DNA from: a virus
Taxonomy: Duplodnaviria; Caudoviricetes
IMG/VR virus record: IMGVR_UViG_3300022555_000003
Span: 178,081-242,080 of that record
Strand: one strand, 5' to 3'
Length of the DNA: 64,000 nucleotides
This document shows positions 1 through 9,317 of the stretch, one piece after another. Made by a program: the position numbers and the translations under genes. Within the stretch, counting starts at the first letter, position 1; each line of letters starts with the position of its first letter. The notes beneath the pieces were generated by a model. The model searched no databases, was not told where the DNA came from, and saw only the letters and a list, made by a program, of their open reading frames with translations.

Positions 1-668
1 TTAAAATGACCTGGATACTTAGATGGATTACAATAATCTTTTACTTCATCATACCAACTATCTGCTTCTGTATGATTTTCACCTTGTAAAACATTTAAAA
101 ATTTACAGTTACCATTTCTATTATTTATGAAATAGTCGTTGTTAATTTTAGTTGCCGCTAATGCTCCAGCATAAGAAGTGATGCCGGTATTTTTCTTTCC
201 TTCTTCGTTACGACATACCCACGCTGGAATATCTAACGTAATAGAGTAATCAGCATTAGTATCCATCCAAGACAATACTTGGCTACGTTTCTTTTGCGCG
301 ATAGGACAATTAGGATTTGACCAATCTGCTGGCCACTTACCACCTGCAATTTGGAATCCGCCTGAATCTGTTAAAATAAATGAATTCTGCCTGTCGCGGC
401 GAGTAATCATTCTTTCTTTTGGATCATTTGCTGTAATATCGATATTAGCATGACCCGCTGAATATAATGACCACTTATATTGAAAATATCCTAATGCTGC
501 ATTTAGATAGTTCATACCTTCTACACCATTAAAAAATCCATTAGGAATTCTCGACTTTTCCACATACTCTTCAACTTGTTGTTTGCCAACGTAAGTTGAA
601 AAGAATGTGGAAAGAGCTGGTGTAAAGATAGCAAAATCTTTTTGACTAGCTGTTAAGTTTGTGTTCAT
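1..668 (-). CDS. tRNA-guanine transglycosylase (TGT)/DpdA-like protein, 3' end outside window (missing from ORF track)
   Basis: Manual translation from ATG at 668 (TAATG overlap with upstream gene): MNTNLTASQKDFAIFTPAL...FILTDSGGFQIAGGKW...ITLDIP...LNVLQGE; DSGGFQ, LDxP and VxQG are TGT-fold motifs; frame open to window edge. Confidence 0.7.
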   Translation of the reverse strand, partial: MNTNLTASQKDFAIFTPALSTFFSTYVGKQQVEEYVEKSRIPNGFFNGVEGMNYLNAALGYFQYKWSLYSAGHANIDITANDPKERMITRRDRQNSFILTDSGGFQIAGGKWPADWSNPNCPIAQKKRSQVLSWMDTNADYSITLDIPAWVCRNEEGKKNTGITSYAGALAATKINNDYFINNRNGNCKFLNVLQGENHTEADSWYDEVKDYCNPSKYPGHF

Positions 669-1384
669 TATTTGCTCAATGCCGGAATACGATAAATGTA
701 TGCTGCTTGGCCGCTATCAACTTCAATTTCCATCATACCATCATTACTTAGACGTACAGTCTTGTCACCACTCAATGATAAAATAGATGAAATACGTTGA
801 ACTGGATAAGACCAAGCCGTGCGAAGTTTATCACTAGCAGGTTCATGAAAAATATATCGTCCAGTATGTGAACTTGGATCGCCAAATGTAACAACTAACT
901 TACCCTTTTCAGTAACAAACTGACAATTGTCAACGTCACTATTGGCACTGCTTTGGTACTTAAATCTCGTTGTAGAACTAGCTGAAGGTTCGAATTCTAC
1001 TTCAAACTTTGCTCCAACAAATTCAAGATCTGGAATTAATTGATTAGCAGTATCAGGCGACATCAAGCGATATGAATTATTATAATCACCAGATTCATTA
1101 TTGAAAGAAATACTTTCAGCTTGATTCTTGCTGTTGTTAACTACTTTAATATTTGCATTTTCTTGATACTCAGGGCAGTTTAAAATTGTATTTAAACTAT
1201 CAAGATTTGGAAATCCAATAGTTCCAGGAAGATCTGTAAGTTCAGTATGATACGTTCCTGATAAAACTACAGTCTTGTCATCTGAAATACCACTTACCTT
1301 GGTAACTCCATCTGTTGTTGAAATCTTGGTTCTCTTCATAAAACCAGATGTAAATTGAATAATCTCTTTTAGAGTGTTTTTCAT
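668..1384 (-). CDS. putative DNA sliding clamp (T4 gp45-like)
   Basis: 238 aa, beta-rich, directly downstream of PolB; size and synteny only, no diagnostic motif. Confidence 0.5.
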   Translation of the reverse strand: MKNTLKEIIQFTSGFMKRTKISTTDGVTKVSGISDDKTVVLSGTYHTELTDLPGTIGFPNLDSLNTILNCPEYQENANIKVVNNSKNQAESISFNNESGDYNNSYRLMSPDTANQLIPDLEFVGAKFEVEFEPSASSTTRFKYQSSANSDVDNCQFVTEKGKLVVTFGDPSSHTGRYIFHEPASDKLRTAWSYPVQRISSILSLSGDKTVRLSNDGMMEIEVDSGQAAYIYRIPALSK

Positions 1385-1392
1385 TGTTGCTC

Positions 1393-2604
1393 CTATTTAA
1401 AAAATTTTGAAAAATTACTTTTTGTCTGTCTACTTGTTTCTATATTTAGATTTAAAATACCAACTAAATTTTCAATCTTGTTATCAATTGCAGATGAAGA
1501 CATTGCATCATCATCAAATGGCAATTCCTTAAACCATTGTGGAAGTCTGTGTTCGTCTATTGGATATGCAACACTTGTATAACCCATTGGATTATTTCTA
1601 AGTTTACATACAATAACTTTCATACCATCAAATATTTCTAATGCCATATTATCGTGATTGAGTTGCCGTAATACATTCCAATTCAATGAAGCCCTAACAT
1701 GACCAGGTAAATTAGATTTCTTCTTTGCCTCAAGCTCTCTAAACTTTGTTAAATTATTAACACGTTTTGGCATACCTTTTTCCCAAGCTGGCAAATTTTG
1801 AAATACTTCTTTGAAGTTTAAAATCTTTTCTCGAACTAATGAAAAATCTACTTCAGTTAAGATATCCATTAAAATATCACGTAAGAAGTCTTGAACAATC
1901 TTTGGTGTATCTGCTCGCTTGAGATCTAATCCCATAGCTTTCATTTTACCAGGCGACCCATCTATATCAAGACGTTTGCCATCTTTATAATACATCAAAA
2001 TAGCATAACGTTTCTTAGTGATAAATAATCCAGTTTTGCCAACTAACTCAAGCCCACATCGAATTATTTTACCATTTTGTTCTGGAGAATGAAATGCATC
2101 AAAGCAAGCTTCTGGAAAAGTTTCATTAACCTGATTAGCTAATTCTTCGTATAACTTAATACAAGTCTCTTTATCCCATTCCATTTTATCATTTTCAACA
2201 TCATCTTTTATTAATGGCCAAATTGAAAAAATATCTGAATCTGTATCTCCGTATATTACACCATCTCCAACATAGTCAAACTTTCCCGTCAAACAATTAT
2301 TAATATAAGAAGCCATATGTCTAACAATAACACGTCCAGACAATGTCGTACTTTGTCCAACACGCTTATCATAAAATCGACAGCCAGGATTTAAAAAAGA
2401 ACCATAAGCTGAATTTAAACTATTCTTAGATACTAATTGTTTCTGATCATAACTAAAAATAGTTTGTTTAACTTCGTCTAGATTCTTATGAAAAATTTTG
2501 CCATCACGAATTTCAAGATCATTTTCTAAAATAAACAACTTTAACTCTTCAACATTACCAGAGTCTATCAAATTTTGTAATTTCTGAAAGTCAATATTAA
2601 TCAT
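1393..2604 (-). CDS. family B DNA polymerase, C-terminal subunit (split PolB)
   Basis: Motif B KNSLNSAYG, motif C YGDTDS, KKRYA, GLDLKRADTP. Confidence 0.92.
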   Translation of the reverse strand: MINIDFQKLQNLIDSGNVEELKLFILENDLEIRDGKIFHKNLDEVKQTIFSYDQKQLVSKNSLNSAYGSFLNPGCRFYDKRVGQSTTLSGRVIVRHMASYINNCLTGKFDYVGDGVIYGDTDSDIFSIWPLIKDDVENDKMEWDKETCIKLYEELANQVNETFPEACFDAFHSPEQNGKIIRCGLELVGKTGLFITKKRYAILMYYKDGKRLDIDGSPGKMKAMGLDLKRADTPKIVQDFLRDILMDILTEVDFSLVREKILNFKEVFQNLPAWEKGMPKRVNNLTKFRELEAKKKSNLPGHVRASLNWNVLRQLNHDNMALEIFDGMKVIVCKLRNNPMGYTSVAYPIDEHRLPQWFKELPFDDDAMSSSAIDNKIENLVGILNLNIETSRQTKSNFSKFFK

Positions 2605-2618
2605 TAAGTCTTATTACT

Positions 2619-2647
2619 ATTATAGCAGGTCATACTAATTTATTCAA
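2619..2647 (-). promoter_or_regulatory. sigma70-type promoter for PolB C-terminal subunit
   Basis: TTGAAT-17 nt-TATAAT, overlapping the end of the N-terminal subunit gene. Confidence 0.7.
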
Positions 2648-4282
2648 CAGTTCCTTAGGAATTTTAATTCCATATTGTAAGTCGGAATATTGTCCCTTAT
2701 ATTTTTGATGTTCTTTTCTACTTGTATACCATTTTCTAAATAACCCAGGAATAATTCCTTCTGCTGCTGTTGAAAAAATTGTTCCATTAGCACTTAACGT
2801 CCATGGTTTATTATTTGTCCATATTAAGTTATACAGTTGGGCAGGTGACATTTCATCACTTTTACCAGTTTCCCAATCTACAATAATAACAGAACCAATA
2901 TCTTGCTTCATCACTAATTGATATTCTAGTGATCCAAACTGACCTTCCCAAGCATTGGCAAAAGTTAAACCTTCCTTCATTTTTTGTTTTATAAATGCAT
3001 CTGTCATAACTGGTCTAATCTGTCCAATAATAGTTTCAGGACTCATATTTAACATTCTAAATGAGCTAGGATACAGACTATTAATATCAGTTACTCCTAC
3101 ATATTTATGAAACCCTTTCTTTGGATATGCAACATATGCACCTGCAACGCCATCGTGTTTTTCTACGCCATCTTCGTCTTCATCTTCAAGATCTTTGGGT
3201 TCATGTTTTCTGTTTGGAACAACTAATTGTTTATCGTGACATTCATTAATTGCAGCTTGTTCTGTTTGTAAAACTGTTCCTTTAACTGTAGGAAGTAATA
3301 CTGTATTAGTATGAGCAAGATTGTTTGCTAATCCAATATAATGTAATTTTCTATCTAATAGGTCAAGAAGATTAACATCTTGTCTGTTATATTCAATAAA
3401 CTTTTTGAAATCATTATTATATAACTGAGCCAATGTTCCATCATATTCAGTCTTAGATCCTAATTTTTCAAACTCTGCAATCGCATTTAAACTATAACTA
3501 TGATGTTCACCAGGAGTAAACTTTTTGTACAGTGCCATATAATCTAAATGAATTCGTCCTATTAGATCATATGATTCTTTTTCAACACCATATCTAGTAT
3601 AAGAAAACTTCTTTGGATACTGATTCCATAAACACAATCTACTTGTATCATTTTTTGATAATATCTTGCATATCCTATTCACTATATAGGGAATATCGTA
3701 TCCCTCGCTGTTCCACCCGCTTAGAATATCACAATCATCTATCAAAGTTAAAAAAGTATTTAACAGATCAACTTCAGTCTCAAAAACAAAAGTATTACTA
3801 AACTGATTAGCGATTTCTTGACCTTGCTCAAATGTTAAAGTTTTTGGAGGTAAAGCTAGAGTAACAAGTTCATCTAACCAATTCAAATAAACTGTAACCG
3901 CAGTTATTGGCATAAAAGCATCTTCAGGACTGCTAAATCCACCTTTTGGGTCTGAGTCGACTTCTATATCAAAAAATCCAATATTCAACTTAGGAGAAGG
4001 TAAGTGCCTATAATTCTCGTATAGGCACTGGAATGTCCAATTTAGATCACTTTCCCAAATAACTTTATTGCTGTGGATCCTAAGTTCTTTTTGAAACTCT
4101 TTAAAATTGTTGGTTTTAAATTTACTTACAGAAGTATTATATATTGTTCTATACTTACCTTTATTATCAGTAAAATAAAATTCGTAATTAGCCAAATAAT
4201 CTTTATAGATCCGCTGGCCATTTACCCTCTCAACAACATATACTTTATTATCCTGCTTTGAAAATAATGCGTCCACATACAT
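2630..4282 (-). CDS. family B DNA polymerase, N-terminal subunit (3'-5' exonuclease plus motif A)
   Basis: ExoI FFDIEVD, ExoII GWNSEGYDIPY, ExoIII YNRQDV, motif A DINSLYPS; ends inside the fingers region. Confidence 0.92.
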   Translation of the reverse strand: MYVDALFSKQDNKVYVVERVNGQRIYKDYLANYEFYFTDNKGKYRTIYNTSVSKFKTNNFKEFQKELRIHSNKVIWESDLNWTFQCLYENYRHLPSPKLNIGFFDIEVDSDPKGGFSSPEDAFMPITAVTVYLNWLDELVTLALPPKTLTFEQGQEIANQFSNTFVFETEVDLLNTFLTLIDDCDILSGWNSEGYDIPYIVNRICKILSKNDTSRLCLWNQYPKKFSYTRYGVEKESYDLIGRIHLDYMALYKKFTPGEHHSYSLNAIAEFEKLGSKTEYDGTLAQLYNNDFKKFIEYNRQDVNLLDLLDRKLHYIGLANNLAHTNTVLLPTVKGTVLQTEQAAINECHDKQLVVPNRKHEPKDLEDEDEDGVEKHDGVAGAYVAYPKKGFHKYVGVTDINSLYPSSFRMLNMSPETIIGQIRPVMTDAFIKQKMKEGLTFANAWEGQFGSLEYQLVMKQDIGSVIIVDWETGKSDEMSPAQLYNLIWTNNKPWTLSANGTIFSTAAEGIIPGLFRKWYTSRKEHQKYKGQYSDLQYGIKIPKELLNKLV

Positions 4283-4314
4283 AGTTAATTTTACATCTCC
4301 TTTAGATGTGGGAA

Positions 4315-4590
4315 TTACTTCATTTTTACTGTGTCAAGAATGTTTGAAATTTGAGTATTATCCATTTCATTAACATCCCATGAATTCTTATATGCCATTT
4401 TTAATGCACGTTTCAAAACTGAAGGCTTAATTTCCCATTCTTTAGCTAGGTTATTAAGTGTATCTGCTAAACCCTCATTAAGTGTTTCAACTTCGTGCAT
4501 CACACTTAATCCTTCCTTAAAAACTTGTTCTAATTTTACTTTTTCTTCACCATTAAAAATCTTTAACGTCTGAGTACTTGTATTTTCCAT
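4315..4590 (-). CDS. dsDNA-binding protein (T4 DsbA-like)
   Basis: ~91 aa helical protein; start moved to ATG 4590 with AAGGA RBS; resembles T4 DsbA pattern (AKEWEIKPSVLKRALKMAYK). Confidence 0.5.
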   Translation of the reverse strand: MENTSTQTLKIFNGEEKVKLEQVFKEGLSVMHEVETLNEGLADTLNNLAKEWEIKPSVLKRALKMAYKNSWDVNEMDNTQISNILDTVKMK

Positions 4591-4758
4591 ATTTACATTG
4601 TCCTTAGTATTAAGTTTAACATAACGTTCGGTACATGTCAACTGTCGTATTTAGTGGTGTTAAATTTGTACAAAATTTCTGTCACTAATATTTGTAGATG
4701 ATAAATATTTGTGAAGTAGAAAATACTTCAATCAAACTAGTTTATGGAGAAGTAAAAT

Positions 4759-5046
4759 ATGAATATGGCACAATTTAGCACAGAAGAACAAGCTAAGGCA
4801 ATGTTAGCTCTAATCGGTCCTATGGGCGGTGGTGGATCTTACTATGTACCTGAGTATGCTGGTCCGTTCAGTGTTGACTTAGGTCCGGATAGTGCAGTAA
4901 AGTTTTGGCATCTACGCCTTTTCAATGGCTTTGAATGCAACGTAGGCTTAAATCAAGCTAACGTAGACAAGTACGGCGTAGAACAAGCCAAGGCTCAGTC
5001 AAAGGCTGAAATGCAGGCTGCTGGACGTTGGACAATTAACGCTTAA
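4759..5046 (+). CDS. small late hypothetical protein
   Basis: GGAG RBS, upstream ATAAATA near 4700, codon usage enriched in GCT/GGT/AAC/TAC, downstream hairpin. Confidence 0.75.
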   Translation: MNMAQFSTEEQAKAMLALIGPMGGGGSYYVPEYAGPFSVDLGPDSAVKFWHLRLFNGFECNVGLNQANVDKYGVEQAKAQSKAEMQAAGRWTINA

Positions 5047-5080
5047 CTAAAAGGGTAGGTGATCTTTAATTCTTGGAAAT

Positions 5081-5107
5081 TGGAGCGTATAAATTACGCT
5101 CCATTTT
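5081..5107. terminator. intrinsic terminator hairpin between convergent genes
   Basis: TGGAGCGTA-TAAAT-TACGCTCCA followed by TTTT. Confidence 0.65.
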
Positions 5108-5873
5108 CATGAGTGAGGAAATATTTAAATATTTCTTGTTGATCTTTTCTTATTTTCAATAAATCGTCTGGTAAAGTAAACCACTTAGTATTACCAGTTT
5201 CAAAGTCTGTATTAGAAAAGTTATTAGGATCAAATATTTCACAAGCAAATACATGCAAATCGTATTGTTTATACTTAAAAATATTTATTGGCTCAACTTG
5301 TTTGACATTTGAAAGAACTAATCCAACTTCTTCTTGTGCTTCTTTCAATGCATTATTTATTGGGCTGTAACTTGGTTCAATTCCACCTTTTGCTAATTGA
5401 AATTTTGTTCCACCAAATGAAGGATCAGACGGTTTCATTAGTAATACTTTTAATTTACCATTATCATAGTAATATGGAATCATCCCCGACTTATCTCTTT
5501 GTTTAGTTGAAATATCATGTAAAAACTTTATAGCTTGTAGCTTATTAGGAAATTCATGAAATAAATTAGTCTTTTCGTCTGTCAGATTGAAAGCATACCC
5601 ACCACTAAGTGGATGCGAAGCAATATGTTTAATAATATTAAGAATATTTTTAGTAGTAGATTTAAATTCGTATTCAATTCTGGTTCCTGGAGTAAAGTTA
5701 ACTCCACCCAAATAAGTAGCAAATCGTACCGCACCATTGTTCATTTCTAGATCAATATCTGGAACTAGATCTCTGTGTGCTGCTGGATAGTATCCTGAAA
5801 ATCTTTCAATTAGTTTGCCGCTGGCTGTTATTAATCCAAAATATGTTTGATGTTCAACTTCATTTAATCTCAT
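5094..5873 (-). CDS. Nudix hydrolase with N-terminal extra domain and capsid-targeting-like N-terminus
   Basis: Nudix box variant GGIEPSYSPINNALKEAQEEVGL; starts MRLNEV. Confidence 0.85.
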   Translation of the reverse strand: MRLNEVEHQTYFGLITASGKLIERFSGYYPAAHRDLVPDIDLEMNNGAVRFATYLGGVNFTPGTRIEYEFKSTTKNILNIIKHIASHPLSGGYAFNLTDEKTNLFHEFPNKLQAIKFLHDISTKQRDKSGMIPYYYDNGKLKVLLMKPSDPSFGGTKFQLAKGGIEPSYSPINNALKEAQEEVGLVLSNVKQVEPINIFKYKQYDLHVFACEIFDPNNFSNTDFETGNTKWFTLPDDLLKIRKDQQEIFKYFLTHENGA

Positions 5874-7318
5874 TGTTTTAGGTTCCTAATCATATTTTTA
5901 GCCAATACTTCTGCATCATGTCTTGTAAAATTTGGATTCTTAAGAGTAGCATCAAGTATTTTATTTTTGATATCGCCAACTAGTCTACCTTTTGCACCCA
6001 ACGCCATAATTTCATTACCATCCAATATACTCTTAGTATTAAGGATTTGATTGATATCCATTTGTTGGATACGCTTTCTGATCATATTGATTTGTTCTGG
6101 CAATCCGTGACCTACAGCATGAGAATTATTGTCTGCATTGATTACGTCCAACACATCCTCAAGATTGTGACTAACTCTGTAGATAAACTTTCTAAGAGTT
6201 GAATCCTTCATAAGTGTTCCATCTGGACCAGCGCTCTTCAATCCCATATGATTACTGATAATAATACAAACTTTATCAATAACTTCAGTTGGGTATTTTA
6301 GTCTACGCAAAGCAACTTTTGCAATGTCTGCTCCAATACTTTCGTGACCAATAAATTGCACTTTTCCATCTTTTTCTGTTCTCGTTGAAGATTTTCCACA
6401 ATCGTGAAATAGTGCCGCTAGTCTCTTAATAAGGTCTGGTGAACTATTGTCTAGAACTGTTAGAGTGTGTCCAAGTGCATCTTGGTTATGAAACTTGTTT
6501 TGCTTTAGCTTATCTAGTGCTTTAAGCTCAGGCAAAATTACGTCCATAATGCCAGTAATTCTAAATAGTTCAAATGCTTTACCAGGCTTATTAAGAACAA
6601 GAATTTTACTGATCTCATCATTGATTCGTTCTGCACTGATACTCTTAAGAGAGGGAGCAGCTTTTTTAATTGATTTAATGACATTAAGTGGAAGAGTAAA
6701 TCCATACTTAATTGCAAATCGAACAGCACGAAGAATACGAAGAGGATCTTCTGAAAATATTAGTTCTGGCTTTCCGGTTGTATTGAGTACTCCATTTTTA
6801 AGATCTTTCAAACCACGTCCACTCAAATCAAGTATCTCACCAGTTTGTAGATTTTGAATTAGAGAATTTATTGTGAAATCTCTGCGTAGTACATCATCCT
6901 TCAACGTTCCAGCCACTACAGCTGGCTTACGACTTCCTGGAGTATATTTTTCTGTCCTGGGTGCTACAAACTCGACATCCATTGGTCCCGAATTTGTTTT
7001 GATTGCAAGTTTTGCAGTAAAATATGTTGGGAACAATACAGGATTGCTATCTTGCTTAAAAATACCAAGCTTTTTAGCAATAAATGTGGCTGCATCAAGC
7101 CCAGCAGTAGGTCCACCATCAACAACAATATCGATATCTTTTGAATTTTTACCCAAAAGTGTATCACGCACAAATCCTCCAGCAATAAATAGCCTTCCGT
7201 CGAATTCAGATCCTTCGATTGCATTTTTCAGAAGTTCAATTGTTTCGTCGGTTTGTGATGATTCCATTATCATACTACTATTATACACTCTTTGGTTGAT
7301 AATTTCAAATATTTTCAT
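5870..7318 (-). CDS. cca: CCA tRNA nucleotidyltransferase (class II) with HD domain
   Basis: GGFVRD, KDIDI, DDVLRRDFTIN, EDPLRILRAVRF, FHDCGK; no PAP G[RK][RK]F signature seen; starts MKIFEI. Confidence 0.88.
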   Translation of the reverse strand: MKIFEIINQRVYNSSMIMESSQTDETIELLKNAIEGSEFDGRLFIAGGFVRDTLLGKNSKDIDIVVDGGPTAGLDAATFIAKKLGIFKQDSNPVLFPTYFTAKLAIKTNSGPMDVEFVAPRTEKYTPGSRKPAVVAGTLKDDVLRRDFTINSLIQNLQTGEILDLSGRGLKDLKNGVLNTTGKPELIFSEDPLRILRAVRFAIKYGFTLPLNVIKSIKKAAPSLKSISAERINDEISKILVLNKPGKAFELFRITGIMDVILPELKALDKLKQNKFHNQDALGHTLTVLDNSSPDLIKRLAALFHDCGKSSTRTEKDGKVQFIGHESIGADIAKVALRRLKYPTEVIDKVCIIISNHMGLKSAGPDGTLMKDSTLRKFIYRVSHNLEDVLDVINADNNSHAVGHGLPEQINMIRKRIQQMDINQILNTKSILDGNEIMALGAKGRLVGDIKNKILDATLKNPNFTRHDAEVLAKNMIRNLKQ

Positions 7319-7327
7319 TACTTTCCT

Positions 7328-7804
7328 TTATCCAATATACTTTTCTAATTTATTGCCGTCTGCTTGTTTTTTATATCCTAATCGTTCATAAAATGATTTG
7401 GCTGTTGAAGTTAACACTATTTTCTTAACTCCTTTTATTTTAGCTTCTTTTTCTAACGCATTTATAACTTGTGATCCAGCGCCCCTTTCAATGGATCCAA
7501 CATTCATAATTTCCGCTTCAGTTGATTTTCGTGGGATCCACATTGATCCAGCTGCTACAATCTTATTATTTAAAATAACAAATGCTGTCCTAATGTTAGC
7601 TCGCTGTGATAAAGGTGCATTGATTTGTATTTCTAATACTGTACTAATATGACATAATGCAGCATATTCATGATTTTCTTCGCCGTTTTCTTCCAATTCA
7701 GCTATTCGTTCATCAACTTGTTTAATTGATTGACGTGCAATATTATCAGACAGATTAATGCCAGTTTGTACATTTTCTTTTAATATCATTTCTGTTATTT
7801 TCAT
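7328..7804 (-). CDS. GNAT-family acetyltransferase
   Basis: VGSIERGAGSQVI (motif A), SFYERLGY (motif B); starts MKITEM. Confidence 0.85.
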   Translation of the reverse strand: MKITEMILKENVQTGINLSDNIARQSIKQVDERIAELEENGEENHEYAALCHISTVLEIQINAPLSQRANIRTAFVILNNKIVAAGSMWIPRKSTEAEIMNVGSIERGAGSQVINALEKEAKIKGVKKIVLTSTAKSFYERLGYKKQADGNKLEKYIG

Positions 7805-8184
7805 TGCTTTTCTTTTTTCACAAACGAATTTACAGGACTTCGTTTGTTTACTGTTGTCGATTCTTCACTTTTGGTTGTACTAATTTGCTTAATTGCACTT
7901 TTACCTGGCATCATTTTCAAAGCTAGTTTAATTGTTTCTTCATCTTCTGGACATTGTGTTGAGATAAACATATTCTCACCAAATATTGAGTCTTCTACAT
8001 TAGTTTTTGGTAAAACTCCTGCTTGCAGAGCCCTTGCACGAGCAATAGCCATTCCCATCCTATATTGAAAATATGGGTCTTGATTGGTTAACTCAGGCAG
8101 AATAAATGCAGCAGGCAAAGCTCTTGCTACATCAATTTGAATACTACCTTCTCCACTTTCGTTTAATATTTCCTTAATAGTCAT
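7801..8184 (-). CDS. hypothetical protein, putative internal head protein
   Basis: Coupled ORF, starts MTIKEILNE. Confidence 0.7.
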   Translation of the reverse strand: MTIKEILNESGEGSIQIDVARALPAAFILPELTNQDPYFQYRMGMAIARARALQAGVLPKTNVEDSIFGENMFISTQCPEDEETIKLALKMMPGKSAIKQISTTKSEESTTVNKRSPVNSFVKKEKQ

Positions 8185-8537
8185 TTAAAGTTTCCTGGAT
8201 TCTTAGATTTATTGAAAAAGTCAGCAGTAACTTTATCACTTACATTAACTGGCTTATTCTCTTTTTTGTGAACTACATATGTTGGGTGTGGCAAATTTAA
8301 TTGATGTGCTAATATTTTACTTGGATTACCATAATATGATTGTTGTCCAATTCTAACGCTTATATCATTTATCCTTTGTATTGGAATATAAACTGATAGA
8401 TTTCCTTTTGTATAAACATGCTCGTTATTTTGAACTCCATCATACATATATCCGTTGTCAACAAGCATATTATTCGAAATGACCTGATTGGCTGTCATCT
8501 TTCCAATTTTTTTGACACTAACTTCACAAATTTGCAT
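8181..8537 (-). CDS. hypothetical protein, putative internal head protein
   Basis: Starts MQICEV, 6 nt after ATAAATA. Confidence 0.65.
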   Translation of the reverse strand: MQICEVSVKKIGKMTANQVISNNMLVDNGYMYDGVQNNEHVYTKGNLSVYIPIQRINDISVRIGQQSYYGNPSKILAHQLNLPHPTYVVHKKENKPVNVSDKVTADFFNKSKNPGNFK

Positions 8538-8546
8538 ATACTATAT

Positions 8547-9206
8547 TTATCTTATTTCTCGTTTTGCTTTTCGGGTTTCAGTTCGTTTTCTTATAGATTC
8601 GGCAGATTTTGGTTTGCCTTTAGATGCTTTTGATAAATTAGCTTTATGCTCATCAGATTTTGGTTTTGACATATTGGCTCTTGTTTCAGCAGATCGATTA
8701 CTTTGCGCTTTTGACATATTGGCTCTTGTTTCAGCAGATCGATTACTTTGCGCTTTTGACATATTGGCTTTTGCTTCAGCAGATCTTGGTTTTGACATAT
8801 TGGTTTTGACTTCATCTGTATATTTTCTGCCTTTTTGTGCTTTTGACATAGCAACCGAATGTAAAATTCTAGCAGATTCATATTCTTCTGGAGTTGGAAT
8901 ATATCGACCCGTTTGATTTGGTCTTATAAAGCACATATTAAAAAATGCATGTGACATTTTATAATAATCAGGACCAATATATAACATCTGAGTTAATAAC
9001 TGATGACATATAAAATGTTCTCGTCCAGTTAATACAACTAGATTATCGGGGTCATTTGGGTTGCCAGGTACCCATCCTGCTTTATAAAAACACCTTGGTA
9101 TTATATGGTGCTTTTCGGTATAAGTATCTGATGGAAGTGGAAACACTCTCGCCATCTCAATTATTTCATAATATCTTTTTGTTTGCGTGTTATTGATAAA
9201 TATCAT
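8547..9206 (-). mobile_element. free-standing HNH homing endonuclease with NUMOD3-like repeats
   Basis: EKHHIIP...NLVVLTGREHFICHQLL; C-terminal 45-nt (15 aa) tandem repeat ANMSKAQSNRSAETR. Confidence 0.85.
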
Positions 9207-9274
9207 TGCTGTTACTCCTTTTCAGTAATAGAGTAGTTGGGTGATTTCAACACCGCGAACTACATTATTATTTA
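9207..9274 (-). promoter_or_regulatory. late promoter plus conserved two-hairpin leader of HNH gene (copy 1 of 3)
   Basis: TAAATA...GTAGTTcgcGGTG-loop-CACCcAACTACtctATTACT-gaaa-AGGAGTAAcagcaATG. Confidence 0.7.
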
Positions 9275-9282
9275 GCAAAAAT

Positions 9283-9311
9283 TTGACTTTAATACTGTAA
9301 TTTGTTATAAT
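9283..9311 (+). promoter_or_regulatory. sigma70-type promoter for glycan operon
   Basis: TTGACT-17 nt-TATAAT, 6 nt before ATG. Confidence 0.75.
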
Positions 9312-9317
9312 AAATAT

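Noticed and set aside
2605-2629. Intein, intron or sequencing error splitting PolB
   Set aside because: No intein termini, no intron-sized insert, and a dedicated promoter and clean start exist for the second half
6495-7391. Plus-strand ORFs antisense to the CCA gene (and similar shadow ORFs such as 48112-48684, 13525-13785, 52255-52533, 59366-59836)
   Set aside because: Antisense shadows of strong motif-bearing genes, with no RBS/promoter support or recognisable motifs
8640-8800. CRISPR-like or regulatory tandem repeat
   Set aside because: 45-nt in-frame repeats encode NUMOD3-like DNA-binding units of the HNH protein; the same holds for 42864-43120
8547-9206. Group I intron housing the HNH genes (also 42852 and 59079)
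   Set aside because: Each sits between complete genes with its own late promoter; no interrupted exon pair is visible
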